Source: an uncultured Candidatus Binatia bacterium (GTDB lineage Bacteria; Desulfobacterota; Binatia; Bin18). Taken from it: DNA of 64,000 nt. The notes below the pieces were generated by a model that ran no database searches, was not told the DNA's origin, and saw nothing but the letters and a program-made list of their open reading frames with translations. The stretch is from assembly GCA_965200965.1 (NCBI GenBank), contig OZ241744.1:736001-800000 (forward strand). Reading direction: 5' to 3'. Of this stretch, positions 42,291-51,128 are shown one piece after another. Both the position numbers and the translations under genes were made by a program. Within the stretch, counting starts at the first letter, position 1. Each line of letters begins with the position of its first letter.

Positions 42291-43027
42291 TGCTGGGCCA
42301 GGAGTTGCGCGCCATAGATGAACGCTACGCCGGCCAGGGTGGCGACCGGCAGCAGCCGGGACTGGCTGGCGTCATGGGCAGCCGGCAGCAGGCTGCTGGC
42401 ACCAAGATAGACAAACACCCCGGCAAACCAGCCCAGCAGTAAGGCCAGATGCGGGGTGGCCAGTGTGACATAGGCGTGCAGCCACACGCCCAGGAGAGGG
42501 GCCAGGGCGGTCAGACCCAGCGCACCGGTGGTGGCTCGGGTCGAGTGTCGGGTGCCGAGCATCAGACCGGCAACGCTGGCCCCGTCGGCCAGTTTATGCA
42601 GGGCCACGCCAAGCCCAATCGCCCAGCCGAGTTGGTCATGGATGTGAAACCCTTTGCCAATAGCAAAGCCGTCAAGCAGGCTGTGGACCATAATCCCCAT
42701 CGCTCCCAGCAGCCCGGCGTGGGGGGCGTGAGCGTGGTGGGCTTCCCGCTCTTGCGGGGTTTCCCGGTGGTGGGTAGCATACTCAAGGATGTAGAAACAC
42801 AGGAAGCCGAGCACGCAGGCGAGGTGCAGGTGATGGTGGTGGAGGGGGCTGTCAGCCGACTCCAGGAGGTCCTGGGCTTCGGGCAGGAGCTCCATCAGGC
42901 CGCCAGCCATCAACGCCCCGGCGCAGAAGGCGAACAGCACGCCCTGGCAGGAGTGGAAACGCAGGGCCAACAGCCCGCCGGCCAGGGTCAGGGTGCCTGT
43001 CGCGCCGGCAACCCAGAGAGCAATCAT
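42287..43027 (-). CDS. ZIP family divalent metal transporter
   Basis: HSLLDG (TM4) and LHKLADG (TM5) metal motifs, His-rich loops, LLP.AH. Confidence 0.85.
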   Translation of the reverse strand: MIALWVAGATGTLTLAGGLLALRFHSCQGVLFAFCAGALMAGGLMELLPEAQDLLESADSPLHHHHLHLACVLGFLCFYILEYATHHRETPQEREAHHAHAPHAGLLGAMGIMVHSLLDGFAIGKGFHIHDQLGWAIGLGVALHKLADGASVAGLMLGTRHSTRATTGALGLTALAPLLGVWLHAYVTLATPHLALLLGWFAGVFVYLGASSLLPAAHDASQSRLLPVATLAGVAFIYGAQLLAQH

Positions 43028-43048
43028 AAGGGCAAGGAGAGTATACTA

Positions 43049-43065
43049 TTGCGATACAGTTGCAA
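43049..43065. promoter_or_regulatory. Putative Fur-family operator upstream of ZIP
   Basis: TTGCGA-TACAG-TTGCAA palindrome next to TATACT (-10 on the minus strand); flank ATACTATTGC shared with 48277-48286. Confidence 0.6.
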
Positions 43066-43098
43066 ACGGCCCGGTCTCCCGGCTTTTGCCTTGCCAAC

Positions 43099-43956
43099 TT
43101 ATCCATTCGCCATTCTCCATTGACGGACCAGCCAGCCAGCCACCACCAGCAGGCACAGGCCGGCCGCGGCCATCTGCCCGGGCGGGGAGTCATAGTGGTT
43201 GGCCAGGACAAAGGCCGGCACGCCGGTGGCCAGCGAGACGGCCGGGGCGACGACAAACATCTGCCGACTTTCTCGACATATGTTCTTGGCCGTCAGGGCC
43301 GGCAACACCAGATTGGCAAAGCTGAACACCACGCCGGAGACATGGATGGAAAACCCGACCGCCAGCCCCAGCCAGACCGCAATCAGGCCGTTCCCCAGCT
43401 CGACCCGCAGGCCGACCGCGCGGGCCATTGCGGGGTCAATGACCAGCAGCAGGGCTTGACGGGAACAGCCCCACAGCGTTGTGGCCGTGACCAGCAGCAG
43501 GGCGGCAAAGACCCACACATCGGCCGGTCTGGCACCGATGATGGTGCTGGAGGACAGGCGGTTGATCTCTTCCATGCCGATTGGGCTGTGGGCCATCAGC
43601 AGGATGGACAGGCTGACCGACACCAGAAAGACCCAGCCGGTGAGGGCTTCGTGGGTTTCGTGGCCGCGGCTGCCGCCGGCCGTCAGCAGGGCGGCCAGCA
43701 CCGCAAACAGGCCGCCCATTGCCGAGTGGAAGAGGTCGGAGCGCCACCAACTGTGGGCATCGTGGCTGAGGAGATTGCCCAGCCAGATGCCGACAGCAAT
43801 GCCCAGCATGGACGCCTCGGAGACTGCCGCGCCGATGAAAATCTGGTCCCGGGCCACTACCAGGACACCAATCAGGGCCAGCAGCAGGCCGATCAGCCAG
43901 CCGGACACATAGGCGTGCTGAAACAGCGGCCATGTGTCAACAAAGCTGCCGATCAC
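43099..43956 (-). CDS. Metal (Zn/Mn) ABC transporter permease (ZnuB-like)
   Basis: IGVLVVARDQIFIGAAVSEASMLGIA, DPAMARAVG, LVLPALTA; many TMs. Confidence 0.85.
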   Translation of the reverse strand: MIGSFVDTWPLFQHAYVSGWLIGLLLALIGVLVVARDQIFIGAAVSEASMLGIAVGIWLGNLLSHDAHSWWRSDLFHSAMGGLFAVLAALLTAGGSRGHETHEALTGWVFLVSVSLSILLMAHSPIGMEEINRLSSSTIIGARPADVWVFAALLLVTATTLWGCSRQALLLVIDPAMARAVGLRVELGNGLIAVWLGLAVGFSIHVSGVVFSFANLVLPALTAKNICRESRQMFVVAPAVSLATGVPAFVLANHYDSPPGQMAAAGLCLLVVAGWLVRQWRMANG

Positions 43957-44696
43957 GCCAGACTCCCGACCTCGGCCCGGACCTGGGCCGTGGCTGCCCG
44001 ACCGTAGAGCTGTTCGAGCTTGTCGGCGCTCAGCATCTCGTCCCGCCGGCCGGCCGTCAGCGTCCCGCCGGCAACAAGCCCGATATGGGTGGCGTAGCGC
44101 ACCGCAATCGTCAGCTTATGGGTCACAACCAGGACGGTGTTCCGTTCCTCGGCGTGCAGGCCGGCCAGGGTGTGCAGGAACGCCTCTTCCATTGCCAAGT
44201 CAAGATGGTTGGTCGGCTCGTCAAGGAGCAGGAGTGCTGGCCGCCGGACCAGCGCCCGGGCCACCAGGGCACGCTGACGCTGGCCGCCGGACAGCGACCA
44301 GTAGTCCGTGGCGGCCAGGCCGGCCAGCCCCATTTTGTCCAAAGCCCAGGCCAGGTGCTGGCGCTGCTCGGCCCGGGTCAAGCGGATGCCAACCAGTCCC
44401 AGCCGGGCAAACTCGCCGACGGTCATGGGCAGGCTGAGGTTGATAGCGCAGCTCTGGGGGACAAAGCCGGTGCGCTCCTGCCAGCCCGATTGGGGATGAA
44501 ACGCCAGCCGTCCGACCTGGGGCTGGAGCAGTCCCAACAGGCCGGCCAACAGGGTGGTTTTGCCGGCTCCGTTTTGGCCCAGGAAGCACCAGAACTCGCC
44601 GGCACGGACGCTCAGATTCACGTCGCTGAGAACGGTCTTGCGGCCATAGCCGAGGGACAAGGCCCGGGTTTGCAGGACAATGGCTGGACCTTCCAT
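43953..44696 (-). CDS. Metal ABC transporter ATP-binding protein (ZnuC-like)
   Basis: GQNGAGKTT, GFVPQ, LSGGQRQR, LLLDEPTNHLD, VVTH. Confidence 0.88.
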   Translation of the reverse strand: MEGPAIVLQTRALSLGYGRKTVLSDVNLSVRAGEFWCFLGQNGAGKTTLLAGLLGLLQPQVGRLAFHPQSGWQERTGFVPQSCAINLSLPMTVGEFARLGLVGIRLTRAEQRQHLAWALDKMGLAGLAATDYWSLSGGQRQRALVARALVRRPALLLLDEPTNHLDLAMEEAFLHTLAGLHAEERNTVLVVTHKLTIAVRYATHIGLVAGGTLTAGRRDEMLSADKLEQLYGRAATAQVRAEVGSLA

Positions 44697-44698
44697 GT

Positions 44699-45103
44699 CT
44701 AAGTCGGGGCCGGCTGGTCGGCCTGCCGGCAGTGCAGACAGGTCTGGCACAGGCGTCGGTTCAGGAGATGGCTGGTGGCCAGGATGACTGCGCCGGTGGC
44801 CACCAAGGGGATCTCTTGGGCGTCGTACAGCCGGCCGGCGGTAATCGCCACCACCGCCGCGGCCAAGAGTGACAGGGGCCGGCCGCTTTTATGCAACCGG
44901 AATCCCCAGCATAGATTGCTCAGCGCCAGGATGACGGCAAAGCTCAACAGCACCACTTCTGTCATGGTGTCGACCAGGAAGCTCAGACCGGACACTGCCA
45001 AGACCGGTCCCAGAAGCGGGGTGAGCAGGCAATGGACGGCGCAGGCCAGGGACAGCCCGGCTCCGAGCTGATCGAGCCGCGGGCAGAAGGGAGCGTGATT
45101 CAT
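44699..45103 (-). CDS. MerC-domain membrane protein
   Basis: LDQLGAGLSLACAVHCLLTP, GFRLH, SHLLNRRLC; four TMs. Confidence 0.8.
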   Translation of the reverse strand: MNHAPFCPRLDQLGAGLSLACAVHCLLTPLLGPVLAVSGLSFLVDTMTEVVLLSFAVILALSNLCWGFRLHKSGRPLSLLAAAVVAITAGRLYDAQEIPLVATGAVILATSHLLNRRLCQTCLHCRQADQPAPT

Positions 45104-46128
45104 GGTGTCCTTCCCAGGGCCGCGGACAGTTGTGTGATGTTATAGTCAAGCATGGCGAGATAGCTGTCTGTGCCGGGCCGTGAAGCGACTTGGTCGGCCA
45201 TGTTGACGATGGTCGCGTCGGTATGCTCGGCCACAAATGCGGCATAGCGGGGGTTGTAATAGGCCGCGGCCAGAATGGCTTTGCCCTGCTTGGCCTGTAT
45301 CAGCTCGATGACGGTCTGCATGTGGCTGGTCGTGGGCGGCAGACCGGGCAGGGGCTCGAGGTAGGCAATGACATTCAGGCCGAACACGGGTGCAAAATAG
45401 GGCCAGGCGTTATGGTCGCCAACGACGTTTGCCCCGGAATGGGGCTGCATCAGGCCCAGCCAGCCGGCCAACAGGGCTTCTTCATCCTGGCTGCTGAGGA
45501 ACGCGGCCAGCCGGCCGCGTTCGGCCAGCAGGGCCAGTTTTTCAAAGTCGTACTTGTTGAAAAGCGCTTCGCCGACCAGGGCGACGCCGAGCCGGCGGCG
45601 GAAATCCTGGTAGCGCCGGGCAAAGTCCTGGCTGGCGCTCGGGCGCAGGGCCGACAGCCGGTCGCGGAGCAGGCCGGCAACGCGCAGGCCGTTCAGCGGG
45701 TTCAGCAGGTAGTGGGGGTTGCCGCGGGGATGGATATCGCCCAGAGACCGATCGACCGGTGTGCTTGGAACCTCAAGCGGAGCAATGGCGACCGAGGCAT
45801 CGATATAGCCTGGTCTGCCGGTCTGCACCCGGGCGTTACGCGAATTGAGCAGCAGGGGAGGTGCCCAGCCGACCTCCAGGTCGAGGCCGATCTGGACATA
45901 GGCGTCACAGCGACTCAGGGCTGTGATGAAGCTCGGCTTGGGAACAACAAAGTGGGCATCCTCCGTGCCTGTGGCAAACACGGTGACTGCAAGCTGCTCG
46001 CCGCCAACCTCGCGTGCCAGGCTGCCCAGCTCGGGCACGGTCGCACACAACTGGAGGGGCTGGGCGTAGGCCGGGGCGGTCAGGCCAAGACTGAGAAGAC
46101 CGAAGATGATAATACGGATGCTGAACAT
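45100..46128 (-). CDS. Metal ABC transporter substrate-binding protein (ZnuA/TroA-like)
   Basis: Signal peptide, EDAHFV, GLDLEVGW, GDIHPRGNPHYLL, EPLPGLPPT; AGGAGG RBS. Confidence 0.88.
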   Translation of the reverse strand: MFSIRIIIFGLLSLGLTAPAYAQPLQLCATVPELGSLAREVGGEQLAVTVFATGTEDAHFVVPKPSFITALSRCDAYVQIGLDLEVGWAPPLLLNSRNARVQTGRPGYIDASVAIAPLEVPSTPVDRSLGDIHPRGNPHYLLNPLNGLRVAGLLRDRLSALRPSASQDFARRYQDFRRRLGVALVGEALFNKYDFEKLALLAERGRLAAFLSSQDEEALLAGWLGLMQPHSGANVVGDHNAWPYFAPVFGLNVIAYLEPLPGLPPTTSHMQTVIELIQAKQGKAILAAAYYNPRYAAFVAEHTDATIVNMADQVASRPGTDSYLAMLDYNITQLSAALGRTP

Positions 46129-46138
46129 TGGAATCCTC

Positions 46139-47797
46139 CTAGAAGGTATGGGCCGGATGCGCCCCGTACAGCCACTCAAAGCCGAGCCATACGCTGTGAG
46201 CCTTGGAGTCGAGATGCGAGGCGTCATCAAAGTTGTACTGGAGGCGGATGCGCGAGAACTCTGAGGGCCGCCACGACAGCAGCGGGGAGAAGCGGTGGCG
46301 ATCGTCCCGAAAGGGGTCGTTCCGCCGACCGCGGATGCTGGGACCGCTGCCGCCGGCATACTCATAGCGCAGGCCGGCCGCCCAGCCGTAGCGAAAGCCG
46401 TATAGCAACTGGGTGTATAGGCCCCAGTCTGTCAGGGTCCGGCTGTGCAGGGTATCTTCATGTTCGGGGGTGTAGCGGTCGGCGTGAAAATCGCGCCGCA
46501 TGAGTTCGGTCTGCCAGCTCAGGAAGGGCCAGCCGCGGAAATTGCCGCTGGGGTTCCAACGCCACTTCATGTCCAGGCCGTAGAGCCAGGTATCGCCGTC
46601 GTCGCCGGTCGCATTTGGTCCGTACAGCCCTGAGACGCCGAATACCCCGGTGATGTCGTTGCTGAGATTGATTGAGTTGTTCCAGCGGGCCAGGTACACA
46701 AAGTCGCCAAACCCGTCAAAGACATTCCGGCCGGCCGGCCGGCAGCCGATCAGAGCGCACTCAAGGGCATGGCCGTTCCCGTTGGCGTGTTCATCTTCAT
46801 CGGCGTGCTCGTCTTCATCGGCGTGTTCATCTTCATCGGCGTGCTCGTCTTCATCGGCGTGCTCGTCTTCATCGGCGTGCTCGGCCTCGTCATGCCCTCC
46901 GCCGGCGTGACTGTGGCGTTCACCCCGGAAGCTGGTCATATTGACCCCGTTGGCGTTTTGCATGCCAAAGTGCAGCTCTGAGAACCACGGGGTGGGCGCG
47001 AGCCACGAGGCGCGGAAGCCGGTCTGGCGCATGCCGTCGCCGCCGAACAGGCGCGAGTTGATGATCGGCTGGTCAACCCAGTCCCACTGGTGGGGGTGCT
47101 GGGTGTTGATCTGGCCGAATTCGGTAAAAAAGTGACCCACTTCAAGCTGTAAATTGTAGGGCAGGGAGGTGCTGGTCAGAAAGGCTTCTTCAAGCTCGGT
47201 ACTGGTTTCACCCTCAACCGGGTCAATGGCGGTAATCAGATACAGGTCACCCCGAAAATAGGGGTCAATTGCCCCGCTCAGAGCCAACTCGGCCTGTCCG
47301 AGGGTGAAGCCGCGCTTATTCGGCTCATGCGCCCCGTTCTGGAGGGTAGACAGGGCCTCACCTTTTTCGCTTGAGCCGCCGGCGTAGAACAGGACATCGG
47401 CCGCTACATCAATCAGGCGTAGCCGGCTGCCACCGCCCAGGGTTCGTGACCACAGCCCCTCGGGCCGGGGGGCGAGCAGGGGTTGGCGGCCTTCGGCCTC
47501 GATGTCCTGAATGGCTTTGTCGAGCGGGGATTCAATTTGGGCGGCAAGGGCATCCGCCCGTCGTTTGCGGACCGCTTCAAGCTGTTGTTGTCTGCGTTTC
47601 TCGCTGGCCGTGGCCTCTTGCTGCATGGTGAGAATTGCGCTCTGCAACTGTTCAACGGTCTGCTGGAGGCTCTGGACCTGTTCTTTGAGGGCTTGGACCT
47701 CGGACGAGTCATCGGCTCGGACGTTCGGTGCGGCGAGGAGCAGCATCGCGGCACCACACATGAGCCGGCACAAGAGTCGTGTGTCTGTATTCTTCAT
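46139..47797 (-). CDS. Putative outer-membrane beta-barrel metal receptor/porin with coiled-coil N-terminus and His/acid repeat loop
   Basis: Signal peptide, coiled coil, ELALSGAIDPYF, NTQHPHQWDWVDQP, WRPSEFSRIRLQY, terminal GAHPAHTF. Confidence 0.75.
   Translation of the reverse strand: MKNTDTRLLCRLMCGAAMLLLAAPNVRADDSSEVQALKEQVQSLQQTVEQLQSAILTMQQEATASEKRRQQQLEAVRKRRADALAAQIESPLDKAIQDIEAEGRQPLLAPRPEGLWSRTLGGGSRLRLIDVAADVLFYAGGSSEKGEALSTLQNGAHEPNKRGFTLGQAELALSGAIDPYFRGDLYLITAIDPVEGETSTELEEAFLTSTSLPYNLQLEVGHFFTEFGQINTQHPHQWDWVDQPIINSRLFGGDGMRQTGFRASWLAPTPWFSELHFGMQNANGVNMTSFRGERHSHAGGGHDEAEHADEDEHADEDEHADEDEHADEDEHADEDEHANGNGHALECALIGCRPAGRNVFDGFGDFVYLARWNNSINLSNDITGVFGVSGLYGPNATGDDGDTWLYGLDMKWRWNPSGNFRGWPFLSWQTELMRRDFHADRYTPEHEDTLHSRTLTDWGLYTQLLYGFRYGWAAGLRYEYAGGSGPSIRGRRNDPFRDDRHRFSPLLSWRPSEFSRIRLQYNFDDASHLDSKAHSVWLGFEWLYGAHPAHTF
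46784..46882. repeat. 18-bp coding tandem repeat (about 5.5 copies) encoding (EHADED)n
   Basis: Unit GGCGTG(T/C)TC(A/G)TCTTCATC repeated head to tail. Confidence 0.95.
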
Positions 47798-47959
47798 TAT
47801 GCTCTTCCTGTTGGTGAAGAGGGACGACGCCGAGCGGCACGCGGCAGCATCAACTCCACTATCCCGGTTCCAACAAGGGGCGGGCATGGAGACTGAGGCC
47901 AAGCGGGCCGACTGTGTCGCCTCACTCGGTGGGTCGGTGCCGGCGTTATGGGCCGGCGA

Positions 47960-48274
47960 TCAGGACAGTAGGGATGACCCAACAGGGGGTGCGCGTGGGG
48001 AGGCCGGGCGGCGATGGCTGGCCGGGGCATGGTCATCAGCCGCCGGGCATGGGGCCGAAACGGGAAACAGATGGGCAGAGACAGTGGGGGTCCGAGCCGC
48101 AAGGGCGGGGCTCTGCCCGCCGGCCAGACACAGCACACAGGCGTACCCGCCGGGACTGCCAACAGCCCCGCTATGGATGTGGGCGGCGGTGGCGGAAGAT
48201 ACCCATACGAGGGCGAGCAGGCTCAGCAGGGCGAGACTTTTCCACCACAGTACTGTGATCTGTTTTTGCTGCAT
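47960..48274 (-). CDS. DUF2946-like leader ORF (signal peptide, HxH, CxxC, C-terminal RAPP)
   Basis: MQQKQITVLWWKSLALLSLLALVWVSSATAAHIH...CVLC...Pro-rich...PASPRAPP; first ORF after the promoter. Confidence 0.72.
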   Translation of the reverse strand: MQQKQITVLWWKSLALLSLLALVWVSSATAAHIHSGAVGSPGGYACVLCLAGGQSPALAARTPTVSAHLFPVSAPCPAADDHAPASHRRPASPRAPPVGSSLLS

Positions 48275-48276
48275 GG

Positions 48277-48315
48277 ATACTATTGCAATTCTATAGTAAA
48301 TATATGTCGTGTCAA
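48277..48315 (-). promoter_or_regulatory. Sigma70 promoter (TTGACA-16-TAGAAT) overlapped by a putative Fur-family box
   Basis: Minus strand -35 at 48310-48315 and -10 at 48288-48293; box TTGCAA-TTCTA-TAGTAA at 48283-48299. Confidence 0.6.
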
Positions 48316-48356
48316 GAGGCGTGACACAGATGCTCCAAGGGCCGGGGAGGGTGCTG

Positions 48357-49064
48357 TCAGGGAGCGTGCGGGTATTCGTGGCGCAAGACCTTGATGTCGT
48401 ACAGTATGTGTTCAACGATCCCTGTCTCATTGCCCCGATAGTAGGCGCGGATGCGAAACTCCGGGTCAATGAGCACAAAACGGTCGCTGTGGACGATTCG
48501 TTCGGGCCGCTCGGCCTGTCCGTGGCCGGCATGAGATCCTTCTGGCGGCGCATTCATCATCGCCAACTGAAAGCCGTCTCTGACCAGGGGCTGAATGTTG
48601 TTCAGTTCACCGGTCAGAAAAACCCAGCGCTTGGCATCTGCGCCATATCTGTCGGCATAGCCGCGGAGCCGCGGCGGCGTGTCCCATTCTGGATCAACGC
48701 TGAAGGAGACCAGGCGAACCAGGGGCTGGGCGGTCTCTTCAAGCCTGGTTTGCAACTGCGCCATCCGGGCCGACAACAGAGGGCATACGCCGGGGCAGCG
48801 GGTAAACACAAAATTTGCCACCCACATATGGCCGGCCAGCGTCTGGCGGCCAAAAGGCTGACCGCGCTGGGTCAGCAGACGAAAGTCCGGGACGGTCTGG
48901 TGGACTGGTAAACGGTCCGGCGAGCCGGGCCGCGGCGGTGTAGCAAAGCGCTGCCAGACCAGGACGCCGCTCATCCCCAGCAGGACGACAAACAAGAGCC
49001 GCCGGACGAGCCTGAGGAGGCGCAGGGGAGTGAAGGAGGCGGGCGCGCTCGGGGCATTCATCAC
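48357..49064 (-). CDS. SCO1/SenC family copper chaperone
   Basis: N-terminal TM, FTRCPGVCP (CxxxC), SVDPEWDTP, IVHSDRFVLID. Confidence 0.9.
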   Translation of the reverse strand: MMNAPSAPASFTPLRLLRLVRRLLFVVLLGMSGVLVWQRFATPPRPGSPDRLPVHQTVPDFRLLTQRGQPFGRQTLAGHMWVANFVFTRCPGVCPLLSARMAQLQTRLEETAQPLVRLVSFSVDPEWDTPPRLRGYADRYGADAKRWVFLTGELNNIQPLVRDGFQLAMMNAPPEGSHAGHGQAERPERIVHSDRFVLIDPEFRIRAYYRGNETGIVEHILYDIKVLRHEYPHAP

Positions 49065-50455
49065 GGATTTTTCCAGGTACCCTTCCCGGTGAAGGGATAC
49101 GGAAGCAGATGGTCTTCCGCCCGCAAGTCGTGGATGGAGCCACAGCCGAGGAGGCGCAGGGTATCCTCCATTTCTTTTTTCAGGATGGCAAATGCCTTGC
49201 GCACGCCGGCTTCGCCACCGGCCCCAAGTCCGTAGATATATGCCCGTCCGGCCAGCACGGCATCGGCACCGTGGGCCAGGGCAATGACCACATCTGCGCC
49301 CGACCGTATGCCGCCGTCTAACAGAATCTTCGTCGCCGAGCCTTTCAGTTCGGCCGCAATGTCTTTGAGCATGTACAAGCTCGGGTAGACCCGGTCCATC
49401 TGGCGTCCGCCGTGGTTGGATATGACAATGGCATCAGCACCGTGGGCAACCGCCAGCCGGGCATCTTCAACGCACTGGACCCCCTTGATAATAATCGGCT
49501 TCTCCTCCCCCCAGATGTGCCGAATCCAGGCCAGATGCTGCCAGGTGACGACCGAAGCGCGCAGTTGCGTCCCAATATCGGCGTAGGGCATTGGCCGCCC
49601 GTCGTTCTGGATCACATTCCTGAACTGCATCATCCCGCCGTCGGCATAGAAGCTCGTCAGCCAGGAGAGATGCCGTATCATCTGGGGTGCGAATTGCAGT
49701 TTCTGGAATGGCGTGCCGTGTATCGCTTGCGGGGCACCCATCCATTCATGCTGGGCGCGGTTCCCAGGCACCGCGGTGTCAATGGTGAGAACCAGGGCAG
49801 AGTAGCCGGCGTTTTTCGCCCGCTCAATGCCTCTGGCCGCTACTTCTTTGCCACCAACCAGATAGAGCTGATACCAGCACGGACCTTTTGAGGCCGCCCT
49901 GACCTCTTCCAGGTCAGTGCCGGTCAGCGTTGAGAGCGTGTATATCGTTCCGGCTTCACCGACAGCCTTGGCCGCGACAGCCTCTCCGTGGGGCCAGAGC
50001 AGCCTGGGGCTGCCTATCGGTCCGGCGATAACGGGCAAGTCAATGGTATGGCCCAGAAGTTCGGTCCGCATCTCCACGCCGCTGAGCTGTACCCCGGCCC
50101 TGGGCTTAAAACGTTCTCGTTGAAAGGCCGTGACGTTATCTCTGAGGGTGATCTCATTATCGGCACCGCCGCGATAATACTCCCTGACAATTGGGGGCAC
50201 GCGCTTCTCCATGACCTGGCGGAGATGATCCACGGTGACACATGTGTCTACTGCTCTGGCCCAGCGCGCAAGGCTTCTGGCGTGGGCGCGCTGGAGGCAG
50301 GGCTGAAGCAGACGCAGTCCAAGGCTTCGCCCACCTGGACGAAGACCGCTATGTTCGGCGGGGACTCCGGTTTTCTCAGCCGCCGTTGAAGACACAGGCG
50401 GCGGGCCTTGAGCGAGGGGAGATGGTTGAGGGTCGGCCATACGACGGGACTCCAT
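49061..50455 (-). CDS. FMN-dependent alpha-hydroxy acid dehydrogenase (L-lactate dehydrogenase LldD-like); start uncertain
   Basis: YYRGGADNE, WYQLY, LTIDT, IIKGV, ISNHGGRQMD, DGGIRSGADV, GRAYIYGL. Confidence 0.88.
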   Translation of the reverse strand: MESRRMADPQPSPLAQGPPPVSSTAAEKTGVPAEHSGLRPGGRSLGLRLLQPCLQRAHARSLARWARAVDTCVTVDHLRQVMEKRVPPIVREYYRGGADNEITLRDNVTAFQRERFKPRAGVQLSGVEMRTELLGHTIDLPVIAGPIGSPRLLWPHGEAVAAKAVGEAGTIYTLSTLTGTDLEEVRAASKGPCWYQLYLVGGKEVAARGIERAKNAGYSALVLTIDTAVPGNRAQHEWMGAPQAIHGTPFQKLQFAPQMIRHLSWLTSFYADGGMMQFRNVIQNDGRPMPYADIGTQLRASVVTWQHLAWIRHIWGEEKPIIIKGVQCVEDARLAVAHGADAIVISNHGGRQMDRVYPSLYMLKDIAAELKGSATKILLDGGIRSGADVVIALAHGADAVLAGRAYIYGLGAGGEAGVRKAFAILKKEMEDTLRLLGCGSIHDLRAEDHLLPYPFTGKGTWKNP

Positions 50456-50599
50456 ATCTGCTTGGGCCTAGATAGCCGAAGTTCGGCGCTGAGTAAAGAA
50501 AAATTGGATACAGGCCCCGATGAATATGTGGGCCCGGTTCTCATTGCAAAAAGGAAGCACCCCTTATACGATAGCATAAGACACAAGGGGCAGGTCACA

Positions 50600-51046
50600 A
50601 TGAAGTCATCTCAGCGCTCTCATCCAGTGGGCGACATACGCGCCGCTATTCGGGCTGCCGGGCTGCGTAGCACCATGTCCCGGGTTGCGGTGCTGAGCTA
50701 TCTGCAATCGGTGACAACCCCGCTCAGCCACGCCGAAATTTTTTATGCGCTGGAAGGACAGGGGGTTGACCGGGCCACGGTCTATCGCAACCTGGTTGAC
50801 CTGACCGAGGCCGGCCTGCTGGTACGGACCGATGTCGGCGACCATGTGTGGCGCTTTGAGTTGCGCCGGGCCGGCCAGACCGAGCGTCAGACCGAGCACC
50901 CGCACTTCATGTGTACCGACTGCGGCGGAGTCGAGTGCCTGCCCGAGATCCAGGTGCGGATTAAGCCGACCGCGGCCATCCCGCGCTCGGTGCGCGCGCA
51001 GCAGGTCGAGATGCACTTCAAGGGCCTGTGTGACCGGTGCGCCTAG
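50600..51046 (+). CDS. Fur-family transcriptional regulator (Zur-like by context)
   Basis: GLRSTMSR, DRATVYRNL, HPHFMCTDC, GLCDRC. Confidence 0.88.
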   Translation: MKSSQRSHPVGDIRAAIRAAGLRSTMSRVAVLSYLQSVTTPLSHAEIFYALEGQGVDRATVYRNLVDLTEAGLLVRTDVGDHVWRFELRRAGQTERQTEHPHFMCTDCGGVECLPEIQVRIKPTAAIPRSVRAQQVEMHFKGLCDRCA

Positions 51047-51128
51047 CTGGCTACCGGGCAGGGGAACTTCCGTTGCGGGAATCTTCGTGTATGATAGCCG
51101 CTTCCACAGGGGAAGGAGTACGAGACCG

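Noticed and set aside
46784-46882. CRISPR-like repeat array
   Set aside because: Head-to-tail 18-bp coding repeats without spacers; no cas genes.
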